Origin: an uncultured Lentibacter sp.
GTDB taxonomy: Bacteria > Pseudomonadota > Alphaproteobacteria > Rhodobacterales > Rhodobacteraceae
Length of the DNA stretch: 64,000 nt
Assembly (NCBI RefSeq): GCF_937123735.1
Contig: NZ_CAKZKL010000011.1
Location: 1,833-65,832 of the forward strand
Direction: 5' to 3'
The translations under genes and the position numbers were made by a program. How positions within the stretch are numbered: the stretch's first letter is position 1; each line of letters opens with the position of its first letter. Shown piece after piece: positions 44,861-53,160 of this stretch. The notes under the pieces are model-generated. The model was not told the origin of the DNA and did no database searches. It saw only the letters and a program-made list of their open reading frames with translations.

Positions 44861-46003
44861 ATGTTTCGTCTTTGGCCCACGCGCATGACAAACGTCATGC
44901 ACTATATCTTTGTTCTCGGCCTGTGCTTGGGCAGCTTGCCGCACGCCGTAAGGGCTGAGGCTATGGCCGTGCGCGCAACAGGGCAAGCTATTGCAACCGG
45001 TGCCCCTTCAGATGCGCGCCTCGAACAGCGCGCGCTTCAAGACGCCCTGTATCAAGCCGCTCTCCAAGGCGGCGCGCAAGTGAGCGGATACAGCGCAATA
45101 TCCCAATCGGTCATGCGCAGCGATGTGCTGGTTGTGCGCCCAGATTCCAAAATCCTTGGTTACACCGTTCTCAATAGAAAAACGACCAAACAAAAATCAA
45201 CCGTTACAATCAACGCGATTGTGGGCAACCTGAGCGCACCCGTGGTCTGCGGGCGACGGGCCGAACTTGACATTGCCCTGGCCCCGCCCCGCGTTGAAAC
45301 CTCGTGGCAATCACCTGCCTGGCTGGAAAATCTGGAGCCGCATATCTCGGCTGGGGTTCAGAAGGCGCTTGCAGCAAAACCGGGCATATCAGTGTCCGCA
45401 ACAGCTCGGGCGGCAGCCCAAACCTCAAACCCCAGCTTTGACTACGCCACCTTGACGCGCGGCGCTGCACCGCAAACCAAAAGATCACCAGCAACCGCGT
45501 CACTTGAGAGTTTTGTAACGATCAAGGCACCAGAGCGGCGCAACATGGCGGAAATTCTTCCGGTCTCCATCAGTGTGTCCTTGGACCGCCATCATATTGG
45601 CAAATCTGCGCTCTCTAAGGTTGTTCAAAAAGAAATCACTTTGAGCAAACGCACACCCTTCGCAAGCCTCAACGCGTCTTCCATCAAGTCGCGCCAAACC
45701 GTGATCGAGGACATTGTTCAAACCGTCACCGAGCTTTCGCAAATCGTTGCAGATGAGCGGGCCTGTGAGCCATTGACAGCGCGGCTTACCCTTAAAGGCG
45801 AACAGCTCACTTTGCCATTTGGTCGGCGTGATGGCTTAACCAAACATCACCTCGCCTACACAAAAGGGCGCGACACACCCTATGAACTTTTGGAAATCAT
45901 CACTCTGAACCCCAATTCAGTCTCCCTAAGGCCGCTAGACAGCAGTATGAGACCCAGAGATTTGTCTGGAAAAACAGTGCAATTCATGGAGTTGAGCAAA
46001 TGA
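44861..46003 (+). CDS. flgT: FlgT-like flagellar H-ring protein
   Basis: A signal peptide, then a FlgT-N-like segment (VRATGQAIATG...ARLEQRALQDALYQAALQGGAQVSGYS). It sits between flgP and flgA. Start chosen at MFRLWP. Confidence 0.5.
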   Translation: MFRLWPTRMTNVMHYIFVLGLCLGSLPHAVRAEAMAVRATGQAIATGAPSDARLEQRALQDALYQAALQGGAQVSGYSAISQSVMRSDVLVVRPDSKILGYTVLNRKTTKQKSTVTINAIVGNLSAPVVCGRRAELDIALAPPRVETSWQSPAWLENLEPHISAGVQKALAAKPGISVSATARAAAQTSNPSFDYATLTRGAAPQTKRSPATASLESFVTIKAPERRNMAEILPVSISVSLDRHHIGKSALSKVVQKEITLSKRTPFASLNASSIKSRQTVIEDIVQTVTELSQIVADERACEPLTARLTLKGEQLTLPFGRRDGLTKHHLAYTKGRDTPYELLEIITLNPNSVSLRPLDSSMRPRDLSGKTVQFMELSK

Positions 46004-46731
46004 TGCAGCGCCCTCCCCTCAGCATGACACTCATCACTTTGATCGTTGCTCTTTTGACGGCTCAGAGCGCTCAGGCACGCCAAGTCGTTACAGGGGCTGA
46101 CATCAAAGAAGCCATTCTGGAACAACTTCAAAATGAAAACATTTCTGCCAAGCCAATAGTATCAGACCGAAGACGCTTCTACGCCTGCGCAAGCCCTCTG
46201 CACGTTACGCCCAGATTTGCAGACAGCTGGGAAACGGCTCGCGTCTCCTGCACGGACCCTGAGAATACATGGCACGTTCTGGTGCGCACAGAGGTGCTGA
46301 TGCCACAGGTATCGGAAACACAAATCCAGACAAGTGATGAGGGCCCAAAAGGCGTCGTGTTGTTGGCCAGCGTCAAGAAGGGCGCCGTGCTGACGGAAGA
46401 CATCTTATCCCTTACCCAACTTCCACCAGGCAGGCGCCTTGGTGCCTTTTTCCGTTTGGAAGATGTAATTGGGCGGCGCGCCAAACAGAACCTGAGTGCC
46501 CTGCAACCCTTGAAAGCACGTCACCTAGAATTTAACTGGGCCGTAGAGGCGGGGCAAACAGCCATGATTGTGAAAAATGTCGGTGGATTTGAGGTTTCTA
46601 CAGCCGGAAAAGTGCTTGAAAATGCTCAAATTGGTGACATAATAAGCGTCGAAAACATAAAATCTGGCAAGAAAATCAATGCCATGGTAGAAAGTTCAAA
46701 AAAAGTATCCCCCATCACTAACACGAACTAG
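46000..46731 (+). CDS. flgA: P-ring assembly chaperone FlgA
   Basis: Signal peptide plus a C-terminal SAF/FlgA domain (VEAGQTAMIVKNVGGFEVSTAGKVLENAQIGDIISVENIKSGKKINAMV). Confidence 0.85.
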   Translation: MMQRPPLSMTLITLIVALLTAQSAQARQVVTGADIKEAILEQLQNENISAKPIVSDRRRFYACASPLHVTPRFADSWETARVSCTDPENTWHVLVRTEVLMPQVSETQIQTSDEGPKGVVLLASVKKGAVLTEDILSLTQLPPGRRLGAFFRLEDVIGRRAKQNLSALQPLKARHLEFNWAVEAGQTAMIVKNVGGFEVSTAGKVLENAQIGDIISVENIKSGKKINAMVESSKKVSPITNTN

Positions 46732-46745
46732 ATATGCGTCGTTAA
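46719..46745 (+). promoter_or_regulatory. candidate sigma28 promoter for flgM
   Basis: TAAC-N15-GTCGTTAA, inside the 3' end of flgA. It would place the transcription start just before the AGGAGG RBS of the ATG at 46766. Confidence 0.4.
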
Positions 46746-46765
46746 GGATGTATCAGGAGGATGTC

Positions 46766-47065
46766 ATGGTTGACTCAATTAAACATAATCTAAGGCAAAT
46801 GGTTGCACCGGCGCCGCAAGACGCCAAGGGTGCCTCCGCCCGCACAAGTGTTGCGTCCTCAGGCGCGACACCAAATGCACCTCAAGCGTCCGTGGACAGC
46901 CAGCTGTCCGTGAAAGCCTCTGTTGCCTCGCTGGCGTCCAGCCCACCCATTGATATGGAAGCGGTGACACGCATCAAGCAAGCAATAGCCGATGGAAAAT
47001 ATCCGCTCAATCTTGAGCTTATTTCCGAGCGCTTGATGGAAAGCTACATAGAGATGCAAGGATGA
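46766..47065 (+). CDS. flgM: anti-sigma28 factor FlgM
   Basis: Disordered N-terminus and a conserved C-terminus (DMEAVTRIKQAIADGKYPLNLELISERLME). The ATG at 46766 has an AGGAGG RBS. The track ORF starts at 46748. Confidence 0.75.
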   Translation: MVDSIKHNLRQMVAPAPQDAKGASARTSVASSGATPNAPQASVDSQLSVKASVASLASSPPIDMEAVTRIKQAIADGKYPLNLELISERLMESYIEMQG

Positions 47066-47096
47066 CGGGCAGCCTGCGCCCCTTGAAAGTTGGTCA

Positions 47097-47378
47097 ATGC
47101 AACTAAGAGAAGCGCTTGCCCGTTTAGAGACATTGCTTGCCCTCGCAAGGGACAAAGAAGAGACTTCGACGCGACCAGAGGAAGTGGCTGAAGAGATGAG
47201 TACTTTGATCGCTGAGTTTATCGCTCCAGCGCTCAAAACGGGTGGCGCATTGCCACTTCCAGAAACGACCAAACAAGAAATACAAAAACTTTTGCTCGAA
47301 ATCTCCAAATTGGAACAAAATTTGCTCCTAAAGTCCAAAGCGATTTCCGAGTTCAAGCCAGCCCGCCCTGGCCAGTGA
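47097..47378 (+). CDS. small helical protein, possible FlgN-type chaperone
   Basis: A 93-aa helical, acidic protein directly after flgM, the usual flgN position. Sequence similarity was not verifiable by eye. Confidence 0.35.
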   Translation: MQLREALARLETLLALARDKEETSTRPEEVAEEMSTLIAEFIAPALKTGGALPLPETTKQEIQKLLLEISKLEQNLLLKSKAISEFKPARPGQ

Positions 47379-47416
47379 GCAAACCAAATCGCTTCACCGA
47401 AAAAGGAGCGAGCTGA

Positions 47417-47839
47417 ATGCAACTTACTAATCTCGAAATTTCGCCGGAACTTATACTTGCGTCAGCGGGTATTTTGGCTGCTCTGCTGGTTGTATGCGCG
47501 GGCCTTTGGCTCACGCAGCGCGCAACCAAACGCTGCATTAGACTGTTGCAAGATCAACAAAACCGCGCCCAAAAAATCAACTCTGAACAGCTTCAGAAAA
47601 TTCGACACGATCTTGATGGCCTCGCAATACTTGTCGAGAGCCTTGGCAAGACCACCAAGAGGATGCCGCCGAAAGGCGCTTCACTGGCTGCTGAAAAAGT
47701 CGAGATAGCCATTTCCTTGGCTGCGGCCGGCGAGAGCGCAGAAAACATCTCACGCGCCACCGGGCTCTCAGACCTTGATGTCAACACTATCATCCGCTTT
47801 CACAAAAATAAGCCAGGCGGAGAGCCCGCCCTCATCTAG
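47417..47839 (+). CDS. DUF2802-like protein (N-terminal TM, coiled coil, C-terminal HTH-like segment)
   Basis: A TM helix (LILASAGILAALLVVCAGLWL), then a coiled coil, then AISLAAAGESAENISRATGLSDLDVNTIIRFH. This architecture is typical of DUF2802 proteins found in polar flagellar loci. Confidence 0.5.
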   Translation: MQLTNLEISPELILASAGILAALLVVCAGLWLTQRATKRCIRLLQDQQNRAQKINSEQLQKIRHDLDGLAILVESLGKTTKRMPPKGASLAAEKVEIAISLAAAGESAENISRATGLSDLDVNTIIRFHKNKPGGEPALI

Positions 47840-47863
47840 CAGCGTATTGGCAATGCCAGTTCC

Positions 47864-48517
47864 TTAGTTCTGCGGGTCCATAGCGTTCCTCTGACCAAAT
47901 GGGGACCCCAAGAATATCTCTTGGGCCTTGGCTTGGGCCGCAATCAAGGCAGCAGGCTCCATATTGTCAACCATCGCCGCACTGCCCTGCGCGCCCCCCC
48001 GTATGGCCAAAGCCTGCGCAATAGAATACCAAATATAGGCTGTTTCGAAATCAGGCTCTTCCAGAAACTCCGCGTGTATACGCGCATATTTCAAAATGGC
48101 TGATCTATTACCGTCTGCAAGCTGATCACTTAACCGTTTGATAATACGTTGATGCACTTCAGAACGCTTCTCAACAGGTAAAAACGCTGCAAGCTCTGTT
48201 ACCATTTTGACAGCCCGGTGCTCGCGCCCAAGGTCAGATAAGACAGCCCAATAATAAGCACCAATGTAGTTTTTGGGTTGCCCTAGTCCTGTTTTCAAAA
48301 GCAACGCTAAATTAAACTGCGCATCTGGCGCATCTGTTTCGGCCAAAGCCGTAAACCCCGAGATAGCCACAGCATAATCGCCAGCGTGAACAGCCTCCAC
48401 GGCCAAATCAAACCGCTCATCCGCGCTCAACTCTGCTTGCTGTGACAAAACAGGCGCGCCAAGAAGCGTCACGCTCAGTCCAAGCCCTATCGCATATGCC
48501 CAAAAAATCCTGCTCAT
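47864..48517 (-). CDS. secreted Sel1-repeat protein (MotX-like size and architecture)
   Basis: Signal peptide (AIGLGLSVTLLGAPVLSQQ). Sel1-like repeats are present (DAQFNLALLLKTGLGQPKNYIGAYYWAVLS; ...FETAYIWYSIAQ). It is 217 aa long. Confidence 0.6.
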   Translation of the reverse strand: MSRIFWAYAIGLGLSVTLLGAPVLSQQAELSADERFDLAVEAVHAGDYAVAISGFTALAETDAPDAQFNLALLLKTGLGQPKNYIGAYYWAVLSDLGREHRAVKMVTELAAFLPVEKRSEVHQRIIKRLSDQLADGNRSAILKYARIHAEFLEEPDFETAYIWYSIAQALAIRGGAQGSAAMVDNMEPAALIAAQAKAQEIFLGSPFGQRNAMDPQN

Positions 48518-48903
48518 TTTCCCGCCAACATAACGAGTTGAAGATAGAGCACCCGCGATTTGAACTTGGATCCATCCTGTTGTTCATAAACAACAATTTT
48601 TGGTCGATCTGCGACCGATTTTGAAACCTCAATAAACATCGTCGCCGGCAGATGAACTCCGGCCTCAGCCAGTGCCGCCAAGGGCTCCATACTGAACTGA
48701 CGCTCAAAATCAGGATCAAGCCACGCCTTTGCCAAAGCCCGCCCCAGGATATCGGGAAGCTTGTTGCGCACCTCTTCTCGGTTGTGCAGCGTGACATCCT
48801 TGCCGGCCAAGAGAGTGGCTTCTCCACGCGAAGCATTCTGCGGAACAAGTCCGGTTGAAGAAGTCGGGAGCGTCACCAGAGCGGTAGACTTGTTCGTTGT
48901 CAT
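48514..48903 (-). CDS. protein with a nitrile-hydratase-alpha/NHLP-leader-like domain, ~129 aa
   Basis: LGRALAKAWLDPDFERQFSMEPLAALAEAGVHLPATMFIEVSKSVADRPKIVVYE follows the AKAW-D--F...P...L-E-G+-LP pattern of NHLP/nitrile hydratase alpha N-terminal regions. There is an ATGA overlap with the Sel1 gene. The start is uncertain because no RBS is visible. Confidence 0.4.
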   Translation of the reverse strand: MTTNKSTALVTLPTSSTGLVPQNASRGEATLLAGKDVTLHNREEVRNKLPDILGRALAKAWLDPDFERQFSMEPLAALAEAGVHLPATMFIEVSKSVADRPKIVVYEQQDGSKFKSRVLYLQLVMLAGK

Positions 48904-49042
48904 TATGAGATCGCAGCCATGGCAATATAAACAGAGGCAAGTGTAGTATAAACGACACTCAATTAAACGCAATTAGCATATTAGGTGTCAAAATACGGAC
49001 TATTTATTAATCTGACACTAATCTTCGCACACAAATCAAATA

Positions 49043-50188
49043 ATGGTTACCAAAAATTTAAATAACCTAGATGGACACAAAATGGCCGATTGTTCGCACT
49101 CTGCAACATCCAAAATAATTGTCGGGGGTTCGCCTGCCACAATGCAGATGAAACGGCTGATAGAAACTGTTGCGCCGTCAATTGGGCCGGTTCTTGTGAC
49201 AGGGCCAACAGGCGCAGGCAAAGAACTTGTGGCTCAGGCGCTGCACGATGACAGCGCGCGCTCCGGAAGGCTTGTGGCCGTCAATTGTGCCGCTATCCCC
49301 GGCGAGCTGATGGAGTCAGAGCTTTTTGGCTACGAAAAAGGCGCCTTCACCGGGGCCGACAAGCGTCGTTTTGGTCGGTTTGAGCAATCCCATAATGGCA
49401 CGTTGTTTCTTGACGAAATCGGTGACATGCCCCTCAGCTTGCAAACAAAGCTCCTGCGGGTTTTAGAGAACCACACGATCCAACGGGTTGGTGGGAATGA
49501 AGATATCCCTCTCAATCTCAGGTTGGTTTGCGCCACCCATAAGGATCTGCTCGCCATGGTTGAGGCCGGCAGCTTCAGGGCAGATCTCTACTATCGGCTC
49601 AATGTTTTTCCCATTGCCGTCCCCCCCTTGAGCGAGCGCAGAGAGGATATCCCGGCCCTTCTGGAAAAGCTGGTTGAGAAACGCCGCGCTCAAGATGCCG
49701 AGGCCGCGCCACCAGTCTTTACCGAAACGGCCTTAACAGCCCTACTGGCCTATGATTGGCCGGGAAATGTGCGCGAACTGCGCAATCTGGTTGAGCGCGC
49801 ATTTGCCTTGTTTTCGGGACGAGATGTTACGGGGGCGCACATTCGCGAAAACCTGCTGTCGCTGAAGCTTCCAAACGAGCTGTTGCAAATCGAGCAAGAC
49901 GCTTTGTGGGACGCCAGCAGCGCATTGCTTGGAAATTCCGAGCTGGAAATTGAAGACCTCTTAGTGCCTATGCCGCCAAGGCCAGAAGACTATAAGCCCT
50001 GGTTTGTCCACCACGACAGCATTGATCTGCGCGGGCACTTGAGAGATATCGAAGTGGTGCTGATCGAGGCCGCGTTGACCATGACAGATGGAATGGTCAG
50101 CCATGCTGCCGAGCGTCTCAACATCGGGCGCACCACGCTCATTGAAAAAATGAAGAAGCTGGTCATCGACAAACCTCAAAATATCTAG
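49043..50188 (+). CDS. fleQ: sigma54-dependent master activator FleQ-like (AAA+ plus HTH, no N-terminal regulatory domain)
   Basis: Motifs VTGPTGAGKE, GAFTGA and NVRELRN, with a C-terminal Fis-type HTH (AAERLNIGRTTLIEKMKKL). Only ~30-45 aa precede the AAA+ core. The upstream region is AT-rich. Confidence 0.85.
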   Translation: MVTKNLNNLDGHKMADCSHSATSKIIVGGSPATMQMKRLIETVAPSIGPVLVTGPTGAGKELVAQALHDDSARSGRLVAVNCAAIPGELMESELFGYEKGAFTGADKRRFGRFEQSHNGTLFLDEIGDMPLSLQTKLLRVLENHTIQRVGGNEDIPLNLRLVCATHKDLLAMVEAGSFRADLYYRLNVFPIAVPPLSERREDIPALLEKLVEKRRAQDAEAAPPVFTETALTALLAYDWPGNVRELRNLVERAFALFSGRDVTGAHIRENLLSLKLPNELLQIEQDALWDASSALLGNSELEIEDLLVPMPPRPEDYKPWFVHHDSIDLRGHLRDIEVVLIEAALTMTDGMVSHAAERLNIGRTTLIEKMKKLVIDKPQNI

Positions 50189-50207
50189 CGCACCGCGCAA
50201 CCGCGGG

Positions 50208-51824
50208 TCAGTCGCGGTTCTTCCAGGCCTCCATCATGGTTGTGATATATTCGCCGGTCGATTTCAGTTGCGTGACCATCTGTTCCATTTTGGCAAAGCG
50301 CTGCATTTCACGCGCCTCGACAACAAGAGCCTTCGCATCCAACTCAGAAAGCTCCTCTGAATACTCGCGCGTTTTCGTGCCCAAATAGGTTTCCTTGGTG
50401 GCAATTTCGCCTTTGGAGCCCAAAACATCTGCGAGATAGGCATCAAGCTTATCAATGAGAGACACCCCAACATAGAGGTTCGTGCTTGCCGCCGCCCCTT
50501 CCAAGACTGTGATCGTCATCCCCGCAAAGTCACCGGTGAGGGCGTAATACTCCTGCTGGCCGGCCGAATTGGTCCGCGCCGAGAGGGTTTCGCCTTCAAG
50601 GGTCGCATCGCCACTGCTGTCAAATTCAAAGCTGTGGACACCCTCAGGCGGCGTAGCTGTGGCAGAAAAACTCACCTCAAGATTGCTCTGACCCATAGAG
50701 TTGAGGGATTGATAAATCGCCTGAAACTTCTCGGGAGCCTGCGCCAGCGTTGCGGTGAAGGCCTCCTCATCCAAGCTCAATGTCCCGTCAAGCTCTGTGC
50801 GGACACCGATTTCGGACAAATAAAGAGGGGTATCCCCAAACCCATTCAATGGTGCGGTGGTCAGGCTTGCCAATTCTCGCTTGATCGCGCCAATCGCAGC
50901 ATCCCCAGCCAAAGCGCCCCGCTCGCTACCGCCCAGGCCACGCGCTGTCGCCTCGTCCAAATACCCGCGCATTCCGTTGATCTGTTCAATCAGCGCGCCC
51001 AGACGCGCTTTTGCGCCAGATTCATCCATCGAAACCGTCAGGCTATGGGCGGAAGACGTCACCGCATTCAGGGTCAGCTCCACTCCAGCAATCACATCCG
51101 TGATCTGGTTGCTTGGGCGCTCCAGGGCAATCCCGTCCAGTTCGATCTGCGCGTTGCCCGCAGCGATCACCTCATTGGAGGCATCTGTTGTATCAAAGGC
51201 ATCCAGCGCCGCGGTCGATGCGGTGAGGCGTAACGCATTTTCAGCGCCCATGTCAGAGACAACACTGAGAGAAAACGTGCCGTCCCCTTTGTCAACGACC
51301 CGTGCACTTATACCGGTCAGCTCGGAAAGCGCTGTTGCAAACCCGGTCAGTGTCATCGTGCCATCGAGGCTTACAGACCGGGCCGCCACATCTGGGTTGG
51401 CCGCAAAATCGGTGCCGCTCCATGCGCCCACCTCAACGGAAACCGCACCCGCAGCAAGCACATCCTCTGCGCTGCTAAAGCCCCCGAACTCAAGCACCTG
51501 AGCAGTGGCAAGTTGGGTGACATTCAGTTGTGTCGCAGCCTCTGTCAGCGCATTGGGGGCTGTCACCTCAACAGAGACAGCCGTGGTTGAACTTTCAGCG
51601 CGATACAGCCCGCCTGTGCCCGCCGCGCCAAGCGCTGCCTGCAACGTGCTCATCCGGGACCGCAACAAGGCCACTGCCGAAATAGACAAATCGTTGGCGC
51701 TCGATTTCTCGTTGATCAGATTTTTCGCAGGCTCCGTCTCGGCCGCAACTATGCTGTCAACAAGCTGGGTAATATTCAGCCCCGAACCCTTGCTGTTCAG
51801 TGTGCTCAGATAGTCTACAGCCAT
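50208..51824 (-). CDS. fliD: filament cap protein FliD (HAP2)
   Basis: The N-terminus (GSGLNITQLVDSIVAAETEPAKNLINEK) and the coiled-coil C-terminus are typical of FliD. Confidence 0.9.
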   Translation of the reverse strand: MAVDYLSTLNSKGSGLNITQLVDSIVAAETEPAKNLINEKSSANDLSISAVALLRSRMSTLQAALGAAGTGGLYRAESSTTAVSVEVTAPNALTEAATQLNVTQLATAQVLEFGGFSSAEDVLAAGAVSVEVGAWSGTDFAANPDVAARSVSLDGTMTLTGFATALSELTGISARVVDKGDGTFSLSVVSDMGAENALRLTASTAALDAFDTTDASNEVIAAGNAQIELDGIALERPSNQITDVIAGVELTLNAVTSSAHSLTVSMDESGAKARLGALIEQINGMRGYLDEATARGLGGSERGALAGDAAIGAIKRELASLTTAPLNGFGDTPLYLSEIGVRTELDGTLSLDEEAFTATLAQAPEKFQAIYQSLNSMGQSNLEVSFSATATPPEGVHSFEFDSSGDATLEGETLSARTNSAGQQEYYALTGDFAGMTITVLEGAAASTNLYVGVSLIDKLDAYLADVLGSKGEIATKETYLGTKTREYSEELSELDAKALVVEAREMQRFAKMEQMVTQLKSTGEYITTMMEAWKNRD

Positions 51825-51859
51825 AGCTTTTGCATCCTTGCTTGCGCCTTCTCTTCACA

Positions 51860-51886
51860 TAAACGACCTATCAACCGCAAAGTTGA
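51860..51886 (-). promoter_or_regulatory. candidate sigma28 promoter for fliD
   Basis: The minus strand reads TCAA-N15-GTCGTTTA and ends about 35 nt before the fliD ATG. No GG-N10-GC motif is present in this spacer. Confidence 0.35.
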
Positions 51887-51896
51887 CCTTGCCGGT

Positions 51897-53120
51897 TCAG
51901 TAGCTGATCTCAATTTCGATCCGGCGGTTCTTCTCGCGGCCTTCAGGCGTGGAATTGTCTTCAATCGGCTGCGTTTCTCCCAAGCTGACAGCCTTCATTT
52001 TTCCGGGGGCCACAAGCCCGGTTCCCTGCATGGACTGAACCACACTCGCCGCGCGAGCCGCAGCCAAATCCCAATTGTCGCGAAACAGAGCGCCGTCGGA
52101 AATGGGAACATCATCGGTGTGCCCGGTCACTGTCACCTCGCTGTCCCCCTCCATGGAGGCAAAGGCGACACGGCTGAGGATCTCAGTGGCCTCACGGGTC
52201 AGATCCGCAGAACCTGACGGAAATGCCCCGCCCGATCCGATGGTCACAAAGACAGAATCTTCGCGTTGTTCAACCGTTACAAGACCCTGTGCAATCTCGC
52301 TTTCGAGCGCCACAGAGAGCCTGTCTTGTGTCAGGGATGCGCTCTGGATGGCGGCCTGTTTTTGCTGGGCTTCAATAATTGTCTGCTCAGACGGGCCCGC
52401 GCCCTCCCGGTCGGCACTGGTGACTTGCGCAAGCTCCTTGAGCTGCTGCTCCAGTCCGCCAAACAAAACTTCGCTCTCGGCTTGCCCGCTCGCGTTGCGC
52501 GCTTCTGCAAGCGCGGCAAGGGTTTCTTCCAGCAAGCTTGGCAGGTCTTTTTCGGTTTGATCCTGGGTCGGGAAGTTGATCACAACATTCTCACCCATCA
52601 TTTCAACAGAGACCTCACCACTCGCGATCGCGTCTTGCAAGGCTTCTCCCAGCTCGGCCGCATTCATTTCCGCAGCGGTTTTCTGACCTTCCGTTTCCCC
52701 GGGCTGGCCTGAGCCTTCGCTCTGTCCGAAATCATCATCCCGGTCGCCATCGACGGAATCTTCTTTTTTGCTGTCGACTTCTATCTCAGGTTTTTGAACT
52801 TCTGTGGTTTCCTGCGTCATCTCCTGCGTCACCGAAGGGCTGGGCGAGGGGCTAAACTCCATGGAGATCACAGTTGTGCCCTTGGGCTGCTCCACCACCG
52901 GAACAACTTTCTGAACACCAAACGCATTTTTCAAAGACCCCGAAATTTGCTTGAATTTGGGGGTGTTAAACTCGGCGAAAGACAAGATCAAAACGAAGAA
53001 AGCCATCAGAAGCGTTGCCATATCAGCAAATGTGGCCATCCAGGCAGGCGCCCCAACCGGGGGGCACTTTGGGCATTCTTCTTCCTCTTGTTCTTCTTCC
53101 AATTCAATCGGATCAGCCAT
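51897..53120 (-). CDS. motB: flagellar stator protein MotB (PomB-like) with a long acidic linker
   Basis: The N-terminus ECPKCPPVGAPAWMATFADMATLLMAFFVLILSF is very PomB-like. The C-terminus has an OmpA-like peptidoglycan-binding domain (VTGHTDDVPI...NRRIEIEI). Confidence 0.92.
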   Translation of the reverse strand: MADPIELEEEQEEEECPKCPPVGAPAWMATFADMATLLMAFFVLILSFAEFNTPKFKQISGSLKNAFGVQKVVPVVEQPKGTTVISMEFSPSPSPSVTQEMTQETTEVQKPEIEVDSKKEDSVDGDRDDDFGQSEGSGQPGETEGQKTAAEMNAAELGEALQDAIASGEVSVEMMGENVVINFPTQDQTEKDLPSLLEETLAALAEARNASGQAESEVLFGGLEQQLKELAQVTSADREGAGPSEQTIIEAQQKQAAIQSASLTQDRLSVALESEIAQGLVTVEQREDSVFVTIGSGGAFPSGSADLTREATEILSRVAFASMEGDSEVTVTGHTDDVPISDGALFRDNWDLAAARAASVVQSMQGTGLVAPGKMKAVSLGETQPIEDNSTPEGREKNRRIEIEISY

Positions 53121-53160
53121 GGGTGACTCCTTGAAAGCCTAAGGTTCTCTTACGGCGCGC

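Noticed and set aside
49007-49021. CtrA-box-like TTAA-N7-CTAA upstream of fleQ.
   Set aside because: Only 7 of 8 half-site positions match, in a very AT-rich spacer where such matches are expected by chance. There is no second supporting site.
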